NCBI GenBank assembly: GCA_016932855.1
Contig: JAFGCB010000014.1
Coordinates: 6,496-70,495 of the forward strand
Length of the DNA stretch: 64,000 bases
From: Candidatus Omnitrophota bacterium
GTDB taxonomy: Bacteria > Omnitrophota > Gorgyraeia > Duberdicusellales > Duberdicusellaceae
Reading direction: 5' to 3'
Part shown: positions 27,041 through 36,517 of the stretch, piece after piece
How positions within the stretch are numbered: position 1 is the first letter of the stretch
Layout of the letters: each line of letters begins with the position of its first letter
The notes under the pieces: generated by a model
The model's input: the letters and a program-made list of their open reading frames with translations, nothing else
The model's database searches: none
What the model was told of the DNA's origin: nothing
Made by a program: the position numbers and the translations under genes

Positions 27041-27985
27041 TCACTTAATCGGTGTTTCAGCTTCCCAGGCCTGCCAAGTAAGAATGTATTTTTTTACCCA
27101 ATCCACATCCTTATCCTCTTTGCTGGCAAGCCTTAAATATTTACGGAAATAATCAATCGCCTTATTTCTATCTACCAGATATTCAGCGTAAATATAGCCT
27201 AAATTAAAATAGGCGTAGACATCTTCGGGATTAAGCCTAAGAGCCTTTTCAAACTCGGCAATCGCTCGTTTATATTGACCCTCACCGGTGTAAAAAACGC
27301 CCAGATTATAATGCATAAGGGCTGTCTCTTTGATGAGGACTTTGTTTTCCCGGGCGATCTCGGCAAATTCCTTAGGAAGCTTGCTCAACTTCTTCTCTAA
27401 TTCTTTATTAGCGCTAAGGGCTTGGTTATACTTTTTCTTAAGCTCTGAATGCTGCCTTCGGTAAAGCTTGCTCTCGGCTTTTACCGATATCTTATCGCCC
27501 TCTAACTTTTCAATTTCTTTCTCCAGACCGCTGATTTTGCGCTCCAGAAGCAGGTTATCCTTTTTAGCCTGGTCAAGCTCCCTCTTGATATCATCTACTA
27601 TTTTATATTCAACTTCCATTTTTTCAATATAATTCTTAAGTACCTCCATCTGGCTTTTAAGCTCTGAATTTTGGGCCGCAAGTTCGTCTATATACTCCTT
27701 TAAATCGGTTATTTCGGCATTCAGAGCAATCTTGTCTTGCTCAAGCTGATTATTCTTGCCCTGGACAATCCTGGCTTCATCCTGCATTTGGCGTATCTCA
27801 GTTTTATATTGAAGAAGGTTTTTGCTCTGGGCTAAAATATTGTCCCGGTCTTTAAGAAGACGCTCGTACTCCTTCTTTAACTTCTCCAGCTCAACTCTTA
27901 AGGTTGCTGCGTCTTGAGCATAGACAAGGCTAGACCCCAAAATACAGGCCACTATGAAAACTGATAAATATATGCTGTTTCTCAT
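27041..27985 (-). CDS. Exported coiled-coil + C-terminal TPR protein (module 2)
   Basis: Signal peptide ..VYA-QD; coiled coil; HYNLGVFYT..AIAEFEKALRLNPEDVYAYFNLGYIY. Confidence 0.85.
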   Translation of the reverse strand: MRNSIYLSVFIVACILGSSLVYAQDAATLRVELEKLKKEYERLLKDRDNILAQSKNLLQYKTEIRQMQDEARIVQGKNNQLEQDKIALNAEITDLKEYIDELAAQNSELKSQMEVLKNYIEKMEVEYKIVDDIKRELDQAKKDNLLLERKISGLEKEIEKLEGDKISVKAESKLYRRQHSELKKKYNQALSANKELEKKLSKLPKEFAEIARENKVLIKETALMHYNLGVFYTGEGQYKRAIAEFEKALRLNPEDVYAYFNLGYIYAEYLVDRNKAIDYFRKYLRLASKEDKDVDWVKKYILTWQAWEAETPIK

Positions 27986-27991
27986 AAGTAA

Positions 27992-29779
27992 TTAAAATTC
28001 CTGAACAGGTTTTATGCCGGCTTTCTCCCCGTCCTTTTGAATATCAAGATAAGGCTGGTAAGTCTTAAAAGTCCCCAAGGCTTCTTGTTCATCAAAAGGT
28101 TTATAATCCTGATATTCCTCATCGATTTTATCCCCGAAATCCCTGCGATTGCCGGTAAACAGCTCGTCTCCTTCTATAATATGCGGAGTAACCATAACCA
28201 GAAGCTCTGTACGTTTCTTGGTCTTGCTTGAAGAACTAAAAATATTACCTAAAATAGGGATCCTACCCAGAAAAGGAACTTCTTCTCTGTTGTCGGTATC
28301 GCTTTCTTCTTTCAAGCCTCCGATAATGACGCTTGCTCCGTCCTTTACCATAACAGTAGTCTCGGTAGTGGAAGTATTAAGAATGGGTATCTTATTATCC
28401 TGAGAAGTAGTAAGATAGGAAGTAACGCTACTTATTTCGGGCTTAAGATTCAAAGTAACAAAACCTTCGTCATTAATCGTGGGGGTTATGAAAAGCTGGA
28501 TACCCACATCTAAAAATGTCACCTCTTCCGCAACCGTGGTAGTGGAAGCGGTCTGAGTAGTAGTATTGGTTATATAGGCCTGCCTTTCTCCGATATGAAT
28601 TCTTGCTTCCCGATTATTGATAACCGCTATCTTGGGAGTAGCCACAATCTTGACATCGCCTATAGTCCTTAAATACTTAAATACGACGTCAAAATCATGC
28701 TTTCCCACAATACCTACGTGCATGTTCTCGGCACCGGTAGACTTTGTTGCTGAATCATAATCAGTAGTGGTGCCGCTAAAAGGATAGCTGCCTACATAAT
28801 CCACCGGCTCTATAGACGTTCCGTCGGGTGCAAGACCTCCTTTTAAGACTGTCTGGCGTGAACGCCAGGGGTCGCTATCGCCCATAACAGCTGAAAAAGG
28901 ATATGAACCCAGGTACATCATGCCGAATTTCTCACCCACATTAAACAAACCCTCCCATTCAACTCCCTTTTCTAAAGTATCGGAAAGTCTGATCTGAATA
29001 ATCCGCACCTCAACCAAAACCTCTTTTGTCTTACGGTCCAAGCCCTGTATCAAAGTCTCTATATCCTTCATTCTCTCAGGAAGAGTCTGAACAACCACCT
29101 GATTAGTCCTCGTATCAGGCTTTATATAACCTACCTTTTTTAAATCTAATTGGCTCTTAAGCTGCTCTGTAATCTCTTTAGCCTCGGCGTATTTTAAATC
29201 AAACATCTTTATGATCGTATTCTTATTCTCCAAAGAACTGATGGCGTCTTCTATCTCTTTTATTTTCTCAGGGGTGTCCATAACCAGCAAAGTCCCCGAA
29301 TCTTCGTTTACAAAAATTTTTCCGATATCGCTTTTTAAAGCATCACACAAATCGTCGGCATGGGCAGGCACTACGTATTTAAGCCTAAAAATCTTAACTT
29401 TTCTTAAATCAGAAAAAGCTTTTCCGTAAAGATCAGAATACTCTTTCTCGGTCATAATATTCAAGATCTCGCCTCTTCTGTCATAAGCAAGGCCGTTTGA
29501 GCGGAGCATAATATCAAAGACATCCTTAATCGGAGCATCCTCAACCATAAGGGTGATCCTTCCCCTGGCGTTTTTGGTAGGTATGATATTAAGCCCGGCG
29601 GTAGTGGACAAAAATTTAAGAGCATCAGTTATATCGATATCTTTAAAATCGAGAGTTACTCTCTTTCTCATCTTAAACTCAACGCTGTCCTCGGAAAAAG
29701 CTTTTGTTAGGCTTAAGCCCGAAATAATTATAATGATTAAGAGTAAAATTGCAAATTTCCTATTCAAACCTATCTCCAC
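27992..29779 (-). CDS. Secretin (GspD/PilQ family), copy 2
   Basis: STN domain VTLDFKDIDITDAL, N3 repeats, EVLVEVRIIQI, ATPKIAVINNREARIHIGE, DVGIQLFITPTI, VPFLGRIPILGNIF, ELLVMVTPHII. Confidence 0.92.
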   Translation of the reverse strand: MEIGLNRKFAILLLIIIIISGLSLTKAFSEDSVEFKMRKRVTLDFKDIDITDALKFLSTTAGLNIIPTKNARGRITLMVEDAPIKDVFDIMLRSNGLAYDRRGEILNIMTEKEYSDLYGKAFSDLRKVKIFRLKYVVPAHADDLCDALKSDIGKIFVNEDSGTLLVMDTPEKIKEIEDAISSLENKNTIIKMFDLKYAEAKEITEQLKSQLDLKKVGYIKPDTRTNQVVVQTLPERMKDIETLIQGLDRKTKEVLVEVRIIQIRLSDTLEKGVEWEGLFNVGEKFGMMYLGSYPFSAVMGDSDPWRSRQTVLKGGLAPDGTSIEPVDYVGSYPFSGTTTDYDSATKSTGAENMHVGIVGKHDFDVVFKYLRTIGDVKIVATPKIAVINNREARIHIGERQAYITNTTTQTASTTTVAEEVTFLDVGIQLFITPTINDEGFVTLNLKPEISSVTSYLTTSQDNKIPILNTSTTETTVMVKDGASVIIGGLKEESDTDNREEVPFLGRIPILGNIFSSSSKTKKRTELLVMVTPHIIEGDELFTGNRRDFGDKIDEEYQDYKPFDEQEALGTFKTYQPYLDIQKDGEKAGIKPVQEF

Positions 29780-29783
29780 TCAA

Positions 29784-29830
29784 CCCCGTACCTTTGAATT
29801 ATTCATCGCAGATACAGCAAAGGTGCGGGG
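29784..29830. repeat. 47-bp palindromic element, copy 2 (inverted relative to copy 1)
   Basis: ccccgtacctttg-21 nt-caaaggtgcgggg; reverse complement of its loop matches the copy-1 loop at 14/21. Confidence 0.75.
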
Positions 29831-29888
29831 TAAATCCGGACATAGACTTATGTTCGTCGCTTTGCTCCTCCATAAGTCTCGCCCTCAT

Positions 29889-31019
29889 TTAACTGCCTTC
29901 TATGGCCTCCTGCATAAGAAGATATTTTCTGGCCCGATCCGAATCTTCATCGGAAGGCGTAAGGCCCAAATACTTGCGGAAATGGGCGATCGCCCTGTCT
30001 CTGTCCAAAATATATTCTGAGTATATAACCCCCAAGTTGTAGTGAGCGTCGGAATCATTAGGGTCTACTTTTAGAACTTCCTGAAATTCGCTGATTGCCT
30101 TGCGGTAATCTTCCTTCTGGGTATAAAAAACCCCCAGATTATAATGAAGCACCGCTTTCTCTTTAAGAATCTCCTTATTAAGCCGGTTAAGCTCTGAAAG
30201 CTTTCTGGGAATAGTCTTGGTCTTTGACTGAAGTTCTTTGTTGTCCTTAAGCAGCTGGGTATAATTATCTTCAATACCTTTCCAGCGCTTCATCTGGGCA
30301 TCAAACAAAGCCAAGGTCTTTTCGTACTGCTTCTGGTAATAAGCCGCTTCCTTCCGGGAACTTGCCGCATCCCGCTCGTAATCTTTGCTCTGCCTGGCTA
30401 GATCGTTTTTCTGCTTAGTAACTTCTTTAAGCTTTGCCTGCAAGCTTTCTATCTTCGGGGTAAATTTTTTACTGGCTTTCTCTAAAGAGACGCTTTCTCT
30501 CTGACAGCGGGAAAGCTCCCGCTCCAAAGTGCTGTAGTTTTTCTCAAGTTCAAGATACTCGCGTTTGATATTCGCCGATACCGCTTCCAAATCATAATAC
30601 TTGCTGTCAAAACTGCTTATTTCTTTTTTGTAAGCGCTAAGCTCCTCTTTGGCCATGTTTTTCTCTTCGGTTAAAGCCTCGTTCGCCTGAAAAACAATAT
30701 CAAGCTGTTCTTTAAGTTCAACAACCTCGCCTTCAAGCTCGGCGTACTGACTTTCCAAATCTTTGTAATCCAGCTTAGCTTTATCCAAATCCCCTGCAAG
30801 AGACTCGTTCTCCTGCCCGAGGACTTTCTTTTCCTGTTTTAAAGACGTAAGTTCATCTTTGATTTTTTTATAGTCTTTATTAAGCTGGGTATATTTTTCA
30901 CGCAGAGAAGAAACATCCTTATTAAAGCCGAATAAGAACTTACCTACAAGAGCCAATAGACAGATTAAAAGGACTAAAGAAATGCCGATTTTTATTCCGA
31001 TACTAATCTTTTTAGCCAT
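29889..31019 (-). CDS. Membrane-anchored coiled-coil + C-terminal TPR protein (module 1)
   Basis: N-terminal TM; HYNLGVFYT..AISEFQEVLKVDPNDSDAHYNLGVIY; paralog of 27041-27985. Confidence 0.85.
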   Translation of the reverse strand: MAKKISIGIKIGISLVLLICLLALVGKFLFGFNKDVSSLREKYTQLNKDYKKIKDELTSLKQEKKVLGQENESLAGDLDKAKLDYKDLESQYAELEGEVVELKEQLDIVFQANEALTEEKNMAKEELSAYKKEISSFDSKYYDLEAVSANIKREYLELEKNYSTLERELSRCQRESVSLEKASKKFTPKIESLQAKLKEVTKQKNDLARQSKDYERDAASSRKEAAYYQKQYEKTLALFDAQMKRWKGIEDNYTQLLKDNKELQSKTKTIPRKLSELNRLNKEILKEKAVLHYNLGVFYTQKEDYRKAISEFQEVLKVDPNDSDAHYNLGVIYSEYILDRDRAIAHFRKYLGLTPSDEDSDRARKYLLMQEAIEGS

Positions 31020-31022
31020 AGC

Positions 31023-32828
31023 TCACCTTTCAGGTTTAAAAGATTTAAATTTTACCTCTTTCTCCTCTTTGGCTTCGAGTTTTAAACCTTCTCGGTAATA
31101 GCCTTTGGTCGACTTGGTGGGCTGCGTTCCGATAGGTTCTCCGCGTTCGCCCACCAGGACATCGCCGCTAATCAAAGTAGGAGTAATCATAATCAAAAGT
31201 TCGGTTCTCTCATCGTGAGGCGCGTTTGAAGTGAAAAACTTACCCAGGAAAGGTATGCTCCCCAAAAAAGGAGTAGTCTTTTTCTTTACCCCTTTTACTT
31301 CCCCCCGCAAACCTCCGATAACAATCGTAGAACCGCTCTTGGCCATAACCGTTGTCTCGGCCAGAGAAGTATCAATAATGGGGATCTTATTATCCGAGGG
31401 CGTAGTTAATACCGAAACTACGCTGCTTACCTCAGTTTTAATCTTAAGAGTAATGTAGCCCTCTTCGTTTATATTGGGAGTTATATACAGCTGAGTTCCT
31501 ACATCGACAAAAGTGACTTCTTCGGATACGGTACTGGTAGTCTGGCCGGTAGTGGTAGTGGTGGTTACATAAGCCTGTTTCTCTCCGACGTGGATCTTTG
31601 CTTCCTGGTCATCGGTAATGGTTATCTTAGGGGTAGCAAGAATATTAGTCTCTTCTATTTCTTTAAAAAATTTCATAATAATATCGAAATCGTGCTTTCC
31701 GACAATACCCAGGTGTATCTCGTCTAAACCGGAAGTTTTATTGCCGGCGGTAACGTCTACAGCTGTACCGCTAAAAGGATAGGCTCCGACATAGCCTGCG
31801 CCGACCACTGTTGTTGTCCCATCGCCTATTTTGCCTCCGTCCATAACTACCTTGCGCGAACGCCAGGGATCAGCCGCTGCCTGAACCGAAGCAAAAGGAG
31901 TCGAGCCCAGATAAGTAAGGCCGTGTTCCCGGGCCACATCAAAAAGACCCTCCCACTCAACGTCCTCGGTTAAATCATCGGTGAGTTTTACTTTTATTAT
32001 TTTGGCTTCGATAAGTACTTCCCTGGTCTTTCTATCTAATCTCTTAATTAATTCCTCGATTTGGCGCATCCTTTCGGGAAGAGTCTGAACAAGAACTTGA
32101 TTCGTCCTTTCGTCAGCCCGTACTGAGCCGACCTTCTTAGCTTCAAGCTGAGTTTTAAGCTGGGCAGCGACGTCTTCTGCTTTGGCATAATTAATATTAA
32201 ATGCTTTTACGACATTCCTTTCTTCAAAACTCTTTATAGCCTCTTCTATTTGAGCGATGGAAGCCTCGGAATCCATAAGCACAACTGTCCCGGACTCAGG
32301 GGAAACCAGAACCCTTCCTACATCGCTCTTTAAAGTGTCGCATAAGTTAAAGATCTGCTCAGGAATAGCATAAGCAAGATTGATTATTTTTACCTTACGG
32401 ATATCGGAAAAATTCTTTCCGTATAAGGCCTTGTACTCCTGCTCGGTCATAACATTATAAATACCTGATTTTTTATCATAGGCCAGGTCATTGGCCCTTA
32501 GCATTACATCAAAAATATCCTTAATAGGCGTATCTCTAACGCTTAAGCTTACTCTTCCTTCAACCTGGTTAGTGGTTACGATGTTTACCTCGGCCTTCAT
32601 GGCCAGAAATTTCAAAGCCTCAACCACATCGATATTTTTTAAATCCAGAGAGATACTTCCTTTCATATCCGAAGTATTTGGCGCCGGCAACGAGGAATCC
32701 AGGGAAGCCAGTTCCAAGACCTCTTCTTGAGCATACACAAAAGAAACCGCTGCTATGCAAAAAATAAAAAATAATGACCGTCTAAGCTTATGTCTTTCGG
32801 CTCGGGCTATAAATCTTTTCCTCTTCAT
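31023..32828 (-). CDS. Secretin (GspD/PilQ family), copy 1
   Basis: ISLDLKNIDVVEAL, EVLIEAKII, ATPKITITDDQEAKIHVGE, PFLGSIPFLGKFF, ELLIMITP. Confidence 0.92.
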   Translation of the reverse strand: MKRKRFIARAERHKLRRSLFFIFCIAAVSFVYAQEEVLELASLDSSLPAPNTSDMKGSISLDLKNIDVVEALKFLAMKAEVNIVTTNQVEGRVSLSVRDTPIKDIFDVMLRANDLAYDKKSGIYNVMTEQEYKALYGKNFSDIRKVKIINLAYAIPEQIFNLCDTLKSDVGRVLVSPESGTVVLMDSEASIAQIEEAIKSFEERNVVKAFNINYAKAEDVAAQLKTQLEAKKVGSVRADERTNQVLVQTLPERMRQIEELIKRLDRKTREVLIEAKIIKVKLTDDLTEDVEWEGLFDVAREHGLTYLGSTPFASVQAAADPWRSRKVVMDGGKIGDGTTTVVGAGYVGAYPFSGTAVDVTAGNKTSGLDEIHLGIVGKHDFDIIMKFFKEIEETNILATPKITITDDQEAKIHVGEKQAYVTTTTTTGQTTSTVSEEVTFVDVGTQLYITPNINEEGYITLKIKTEVSSVVSVLTTPSDNKIPIIDTSLAETTVMAKSGSTIVIGGLRGEVKGVKKKTTPFLGSIPFLGKFFTSNAPHDERTELLIMITPTLISGDVLVGERGEPIGTQPTKSTKGYYREGLKLEAKEEKEVKFKSFKPER

Positions 32829-33511
32829 TTCAGCTCTTTTTCCTGCCCCTGGTATCGTAATATCACTTTATCTTTAAAAATACCGGCCACTTCAACCTCG
32901 CCTATGAAATCGCCGCGTTTTAAAAAAAAGGTTTTCTGGGCTTTAGTGTCCTCTATCATCGCATCAGGGTCATCCGACCAGGAAATACCCACCAGCTTAA
33001 GATTGGCGGTCATCTTCGCTACCTCTTTTACAGGATCTTGTTTGGCCGCCTCTTCGCCTTCTTTTTTAGCTTCATCCTTTATCTCTTTGGAAGTCATCTT
33101 GAAAATATCTCTTTTTCGTGCTTTCTCAAGATAGAAAGAAGGATTTTTTAAAAAAGCAATATCCTTAACATTAAAGCCCTTAATGTCTCTATCAATTTTA
33201 AAGGCAGAATCAACCTGCTCTTTGATCCCCAGCATCGAGGTTGCCAAGTCAAAAGACATGAAAGAAAAAATCCCTAAAGCAGCGATGATTAAAAGCTTAT
33301 TTATATCAGTGATATCCAGGCTTACTTGCCCGGAGAAAACCTTAAACAAACTTACCTTAAAGAAGGAAAACCTGCCTCTAAGCCCTCCCAAAGAAAAAAG
33401 GCTTAAGCCTTTGCGCAGAGAACCTTTACCGGCAAAGGAAGAACCTGCCTTTTTTTCTTCGATCAATTTAAGTAATTCCCTCTCGGGAGTGGGAGACTGA
33501 TTCTCAGCCAT
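32825..33511 (-). CDS. GspC/PilP-like inner-membrane protein
   Basis: One TM; RDIF; C-terminal HR-like LKLVGISWSDDPDAMIED..LKRGDFIG..IFKDKVIL. Confidence 0.7.
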   Translation of the reverse strand: MAENQSPTPERELLKLIEEKKAGSSFAGKGSLRKGLSLFSLGGLRGRFSFFKVSLFKVFSGQVSLDITDINKLLIIAALGIFSFMSFDLATSMLGIKEQVDSAFKIDRDIKGFNVKDIAFLKNPSFYLEKARKRDIFKMTSKEIKDEAKKEGEEAAKQDPVKEVAKMTANLKLVGISWSDDPDAMIEDTKAQKTFFLKRGDFIGEVEVAGIFKDKVILRYQGQEKELK

Positions 33512-34982
33512 CGCCTTCTTTTTGCTTATCCGGCATACTGTCCGGCGTTATGTATACCTTAACATCAGCGCTTCTTTTTAATTCTTCTTTCCATTCGCCG
33601 AAGGCTTTATGTTTTTTAATGTTTCTTACCAGCTCAAAATAGCCTTCTTTTCTAGGCTCGAATCCCTCGGGATTGGCTCTGCGTATTTTTAAGATTTTAA
33701 AAGCACCGTATCCTTTATATATCGGAAAAGGCGTGTAGAAAGAGCCAGGAGGCTCTTTAAGCATGTCATAAGCGCCTTCTCTTTGGAAACCCCAGATATT
33801 AATAAGAAAATCCAAGGCTACAAATCCCGGCCGTTTAAAGGATTTTGGCTTCCTGCGCCTCTCTTCCTGCCAAGCTCCGGGGCCTCTATCGATTTTCTTG
33901 TAAAATTCCTTGGCATTATTGAAGGTATCAAAACGAAGCATGTCTTTACCTTCGGAGTGTTTGTCAAAAAAGTTACTATAAGCTTTCTCTACGCTACGGC
34001 TATCTTTAAGAAATTCCTGATAATCTGCTTCATTAACTTCCGGTTCCTCGCCTTGGAAAATTTTCTGTCTTAAAATATCGACCTTAACCAGATGGGCTAT
34101 TCGGGCCCTAAAATCCTCTTCGGATAAATTAAAGTCATCTTCCAGCCAGGCCTTAAAATCATCCTTATCTGTCTGCCAATTAAAATCGACATCCAAATCT
34201 ATTAATAAATACTTAATGGTTCCGTCTACCAGAGAAGCCTCGACTTCTATTCCCCGCTGTAAGGCCGCAAGGGAAAAAACAAGGTCCTGCCAGATTAAAT
34301 CCTCTAAATCTTTTTCGGTAGTAGGCATTGCTGCCTGCTCATAAAAATCCTGGGCTTCTTTTAAATCATCGAACTGGACAAGCTCTACCGAAAGGCTATT
34401 GTATTCATCAAGAAACTTCTGTCTTGCTTCTTCTTCGCTTACCTCGGGCTCGATGCCGTCAATAACCTGAAGTCTTAGCTTTTCAAGCTTAACCAAATGT
34501 TCGACAAGATTCTCGAAAAACTCAACCGAAACCTTTAAATTTTCAGTTACCCAATCCTCGTAAGCCTGCCTGTCGGTTTTCCAATCAAAAGACACTTTTT
34601 CTGCCTGTAAAATCTTTTCTATCTCCGCGCTCTTTTCCTCCGGCGTTGCCTGAATGCCCCTTCTGAAAGCTTCGAAAGAAAGAAGAAGCTCCTGCCAGGT
34701 AAGTTCCTCCAGCTCCTCTTCGGTTTGCGGCGTTTTACCCCTCCACTTGGCGCTAAATGATAAAACCGCAGTCTTGGCAAAGTAGTAATTTCCTATGGGA
34801 ACCGGCACGCCGAAAAATTCTCCGGCAAGCTGAGAAGTATCCGGTATTTCTTCTCTGGCCGACGGCTCTGCTAACTCGACTATTTGGTCAGGAATATTTT
34901 CTTCTACAGGCTTACTGCAGGACAAAACAAACCCCAGCATAAAAAAGATAAGATACTTAAAAATTCTAGTTGGTTGCATCAA
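33504..34982 (-). CDS. Lipoprotein with internally duplicated SurA-N-like chaperone domain
   Basis: Lipobox VLSC; two ~135-aa repeats (WQELLLSFEAFRRGI / WQDLVFSLAALQRGI); C-terminal W..ELKRSADVKVY resembling SurA/PrsA. Confidence 0.6.
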   Translation of the reverse strand: MMQPTRIFKYLIFFMLGFVLSCSKPVEENIPDQIVELAEPSAREEIPDTSQLAGEFFGVPVPIGNYYFAKTAVLSFSAKWRGKTPQTEEELEELTWQELLLSFEAFRRGIQATPEEKSAEIEKILQAEKVSFDWKTDRQAYEDWVTENLKVSVEFFENLVEHLVKLEKLRLQVIDGIEPEVSEEEARQKFLDEYNSLSVELVQFDDLKEAQDFYEQAAMPTTEKDLEDLIWQDLVFSLAALQRGIEVEASLVDGTIKYLLIDLDVDFNWQTDKDDFKAWLEDDFNLSEEDFRARIAHLVKVDILRQKIFQGEEPEVNEADYQEFLKDSRSVEKAYSNFFDKHSEGKDMLRFDTFNNAKEFYKKIDRGPGAWQEERRRKPKSFKRPGFVALDFLINIWGFQREGAYDMLKEPPGSFYTPFPIYKGYGAFKILKIRRANPEGFEPRKEGYFELVRNIKKHKAFGEWKEELKRSADVKVYITPDSMPDKQKEGDG

Positions 34983-35836
34983 CTCTCTCTGGCCAAGGAA
35001 ACAGCCGTATGCCAGCCTTTCTGAATATCTTTCTGGACCAAATCATTTATTAAACGCGCGTCAACCGCGTGCCTGTTACGCAGTATAAGCTCCTTTAAAG
35101 CCCTGTGGCAAAGCAGGGTTATTTTCCTAGGATAACCACCGGTATAACTATATATTTGCCCGATTGCATCATCTAAAAAAAGATGCATGTTGGAGGTGTA
35201 GCCAGCTTCTTTTATCCGGAACTCAATCATCTCTTTAGTCTCCGCGCGGCTTAAAGGATTAAGGGTGTATTTAAAGCTTACCCTGTCGAGAAAATTAGAG
35301 ATATTGACAACCTTGGAATGAAGCTCAAGCTGGCCCAAAAGCACAAGCTGCAAGAGCTTGAATTCATTGGTCTCGTAGTTAAGCAAAACCCTTAATGTCT
35401 CAAGAGAGCTTTCGTTTAGCTTCTGGGCCTCATCGATAATCAAAACTACTGTCTTTGACTCGATAACGCCTTTCTGAAAAAGAAACTTCTCCAGGGCTTC
35501 TTTCAGAGAAACTCTGGTATCCTGGCTTTGAGCGGAAATAGCGAAGCTGCGGGTAAGATAATCAAGAAAGGTCCTCTCGTCATCAAAAGAAGGGTCTAAA
35601 ACAATATGGAAAATGAAATCATCCCTGTCTTTCAACTCCTGGATAAGCTTGCGGGATAAAGAAGTCTTACCCGTGCCCACATCGCCTAAGATTACGCTTA
35701 AACCTCTCTTAAGACGCAACTCTATAAGAATATTAGCTAAAGCTGTATCGTGGTCTTTGGCCAAATAGAGAAAATCCGGATCGGGGCTGGTGGAAAAAGG
35801 CTCTTTATTAAAACCCAATATTTTAAAGTAACTCAT
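34979..35836 (-). CDS. ExeA/GspA-family AAA ATPase
   Basis: YFKILGFNKEPFSTSPDPDFLY, GDVGTGKT, IIDEAQ, LLGQ, TGGYPRKI. Confidence 0.9.
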   Translation of the reverse strand: MSYFKILGFNKEPFSTSPDPDFLYLAKDHDTALANILIELRLKRGLSVILGDVGTGKTSLSRKLIQELKDRDDFIFHIVLDPSFDDERTFLDYLTRSFAISAQSQDTRVSLKEALEKFLFQKGVIESKTVVLIIDEAQKLNESSLETLRVLLNYETNEFKLLQLVLLGQLELHSKVVNISNFLDRVSFKYTLNPLSRAETKEMIEFRIKEAGYTSNMHLFLDDAIGQIYSYTGGYPRKITLLCHRALKELILRNRHAVDARLINDLVQKDIQKGWHTAVSLARES

Positions 35837-36025
35837 ATTCCTCCTTATAAATATACGGATCTACGAATCCTTACCAATATACTAATGAGATTATTCCTAA
35901 TAGATTCGTAAATATATTTGTGGTTATCTAGAGTCATTTTTATTTTTTTATTAAAACTTGCATAATTATCAAATCACCTCTACTATTCTCACCTGGGTTT
36001 CTTAAAAAATGATAAATAGAAAACT

Positions 36026-36265
36026 TTATGCGTGCTTTCGCAACATGTTGCGGATAAGCCTTAAAGGATAGCCCTCGTCCTTGAGGCGGGAAATCCGGTC
36101 TAATACCGCCAGGACTTCCTTCTCCTCGTAGAGGCGCTTATTGCCCTTACGCTTTACCACCGATAAAAAACCCAAGTTAGTGTAATGATTGATAGTAGGG
36201 TAAGAAATATCATACCTGGAAGATATCTCCTTGGCTGAAATCAATTTACTGTTTGTTCCCATCAT
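36026..36265 (-). CDS. Small MerR-like HTH protein
   Basis: ISAKEISSRYDISYPTINHYTNLGFL..GNKRLY..ISRLKDEGYPLRLI. Confidence 0.8.
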   Translation of the reverse strand: MMGTNSKLISAKEISSRYDISYPTINHYTNLGFLSVVKRKGNKRLYEEKEVLAVLDRISRLKDEGYPLRLIRNMLRKHA

Positions 36266-36392
36266 ATCCGGTCTTCTTTTAACCTAATACAAAACCTTAA
36301 GCAGATACAAAAAGTGCCTAGAAAACTTAAGATAAGTCTTATCCCCGTACTTAATGTAAGTACTTTAAGTAGTGCATATGTAACGCATATCC

Positions 36393-36421
36393 AAATTATT
36401 ATATATTTTGCAAGTTGTCAA
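36393..36421 (-). promoter_or_regulatory. sigma70-type promoter upstream of MerR-like gene/secretin operon
   Basis: TTGACA-17 nt-TAATTT. Confidence 0.55.
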
Positions 36422-36517
36422 GATAAAAAATGGGGTTAACTGTTTGAAGTACAAGATGTTGTGGGTTGTGTCTTAAAACACCCCTACAGGAAGGTATAAA
36501 AAAGGCAGAGTTTTTTC

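Noticed and set aside
25469-35836. Complete canonical T2SS or type IV pilus operon
   Set aside because: No GspE/PilB, GspF/PilC, prepilin-motif proteins or PilMNO in the window.
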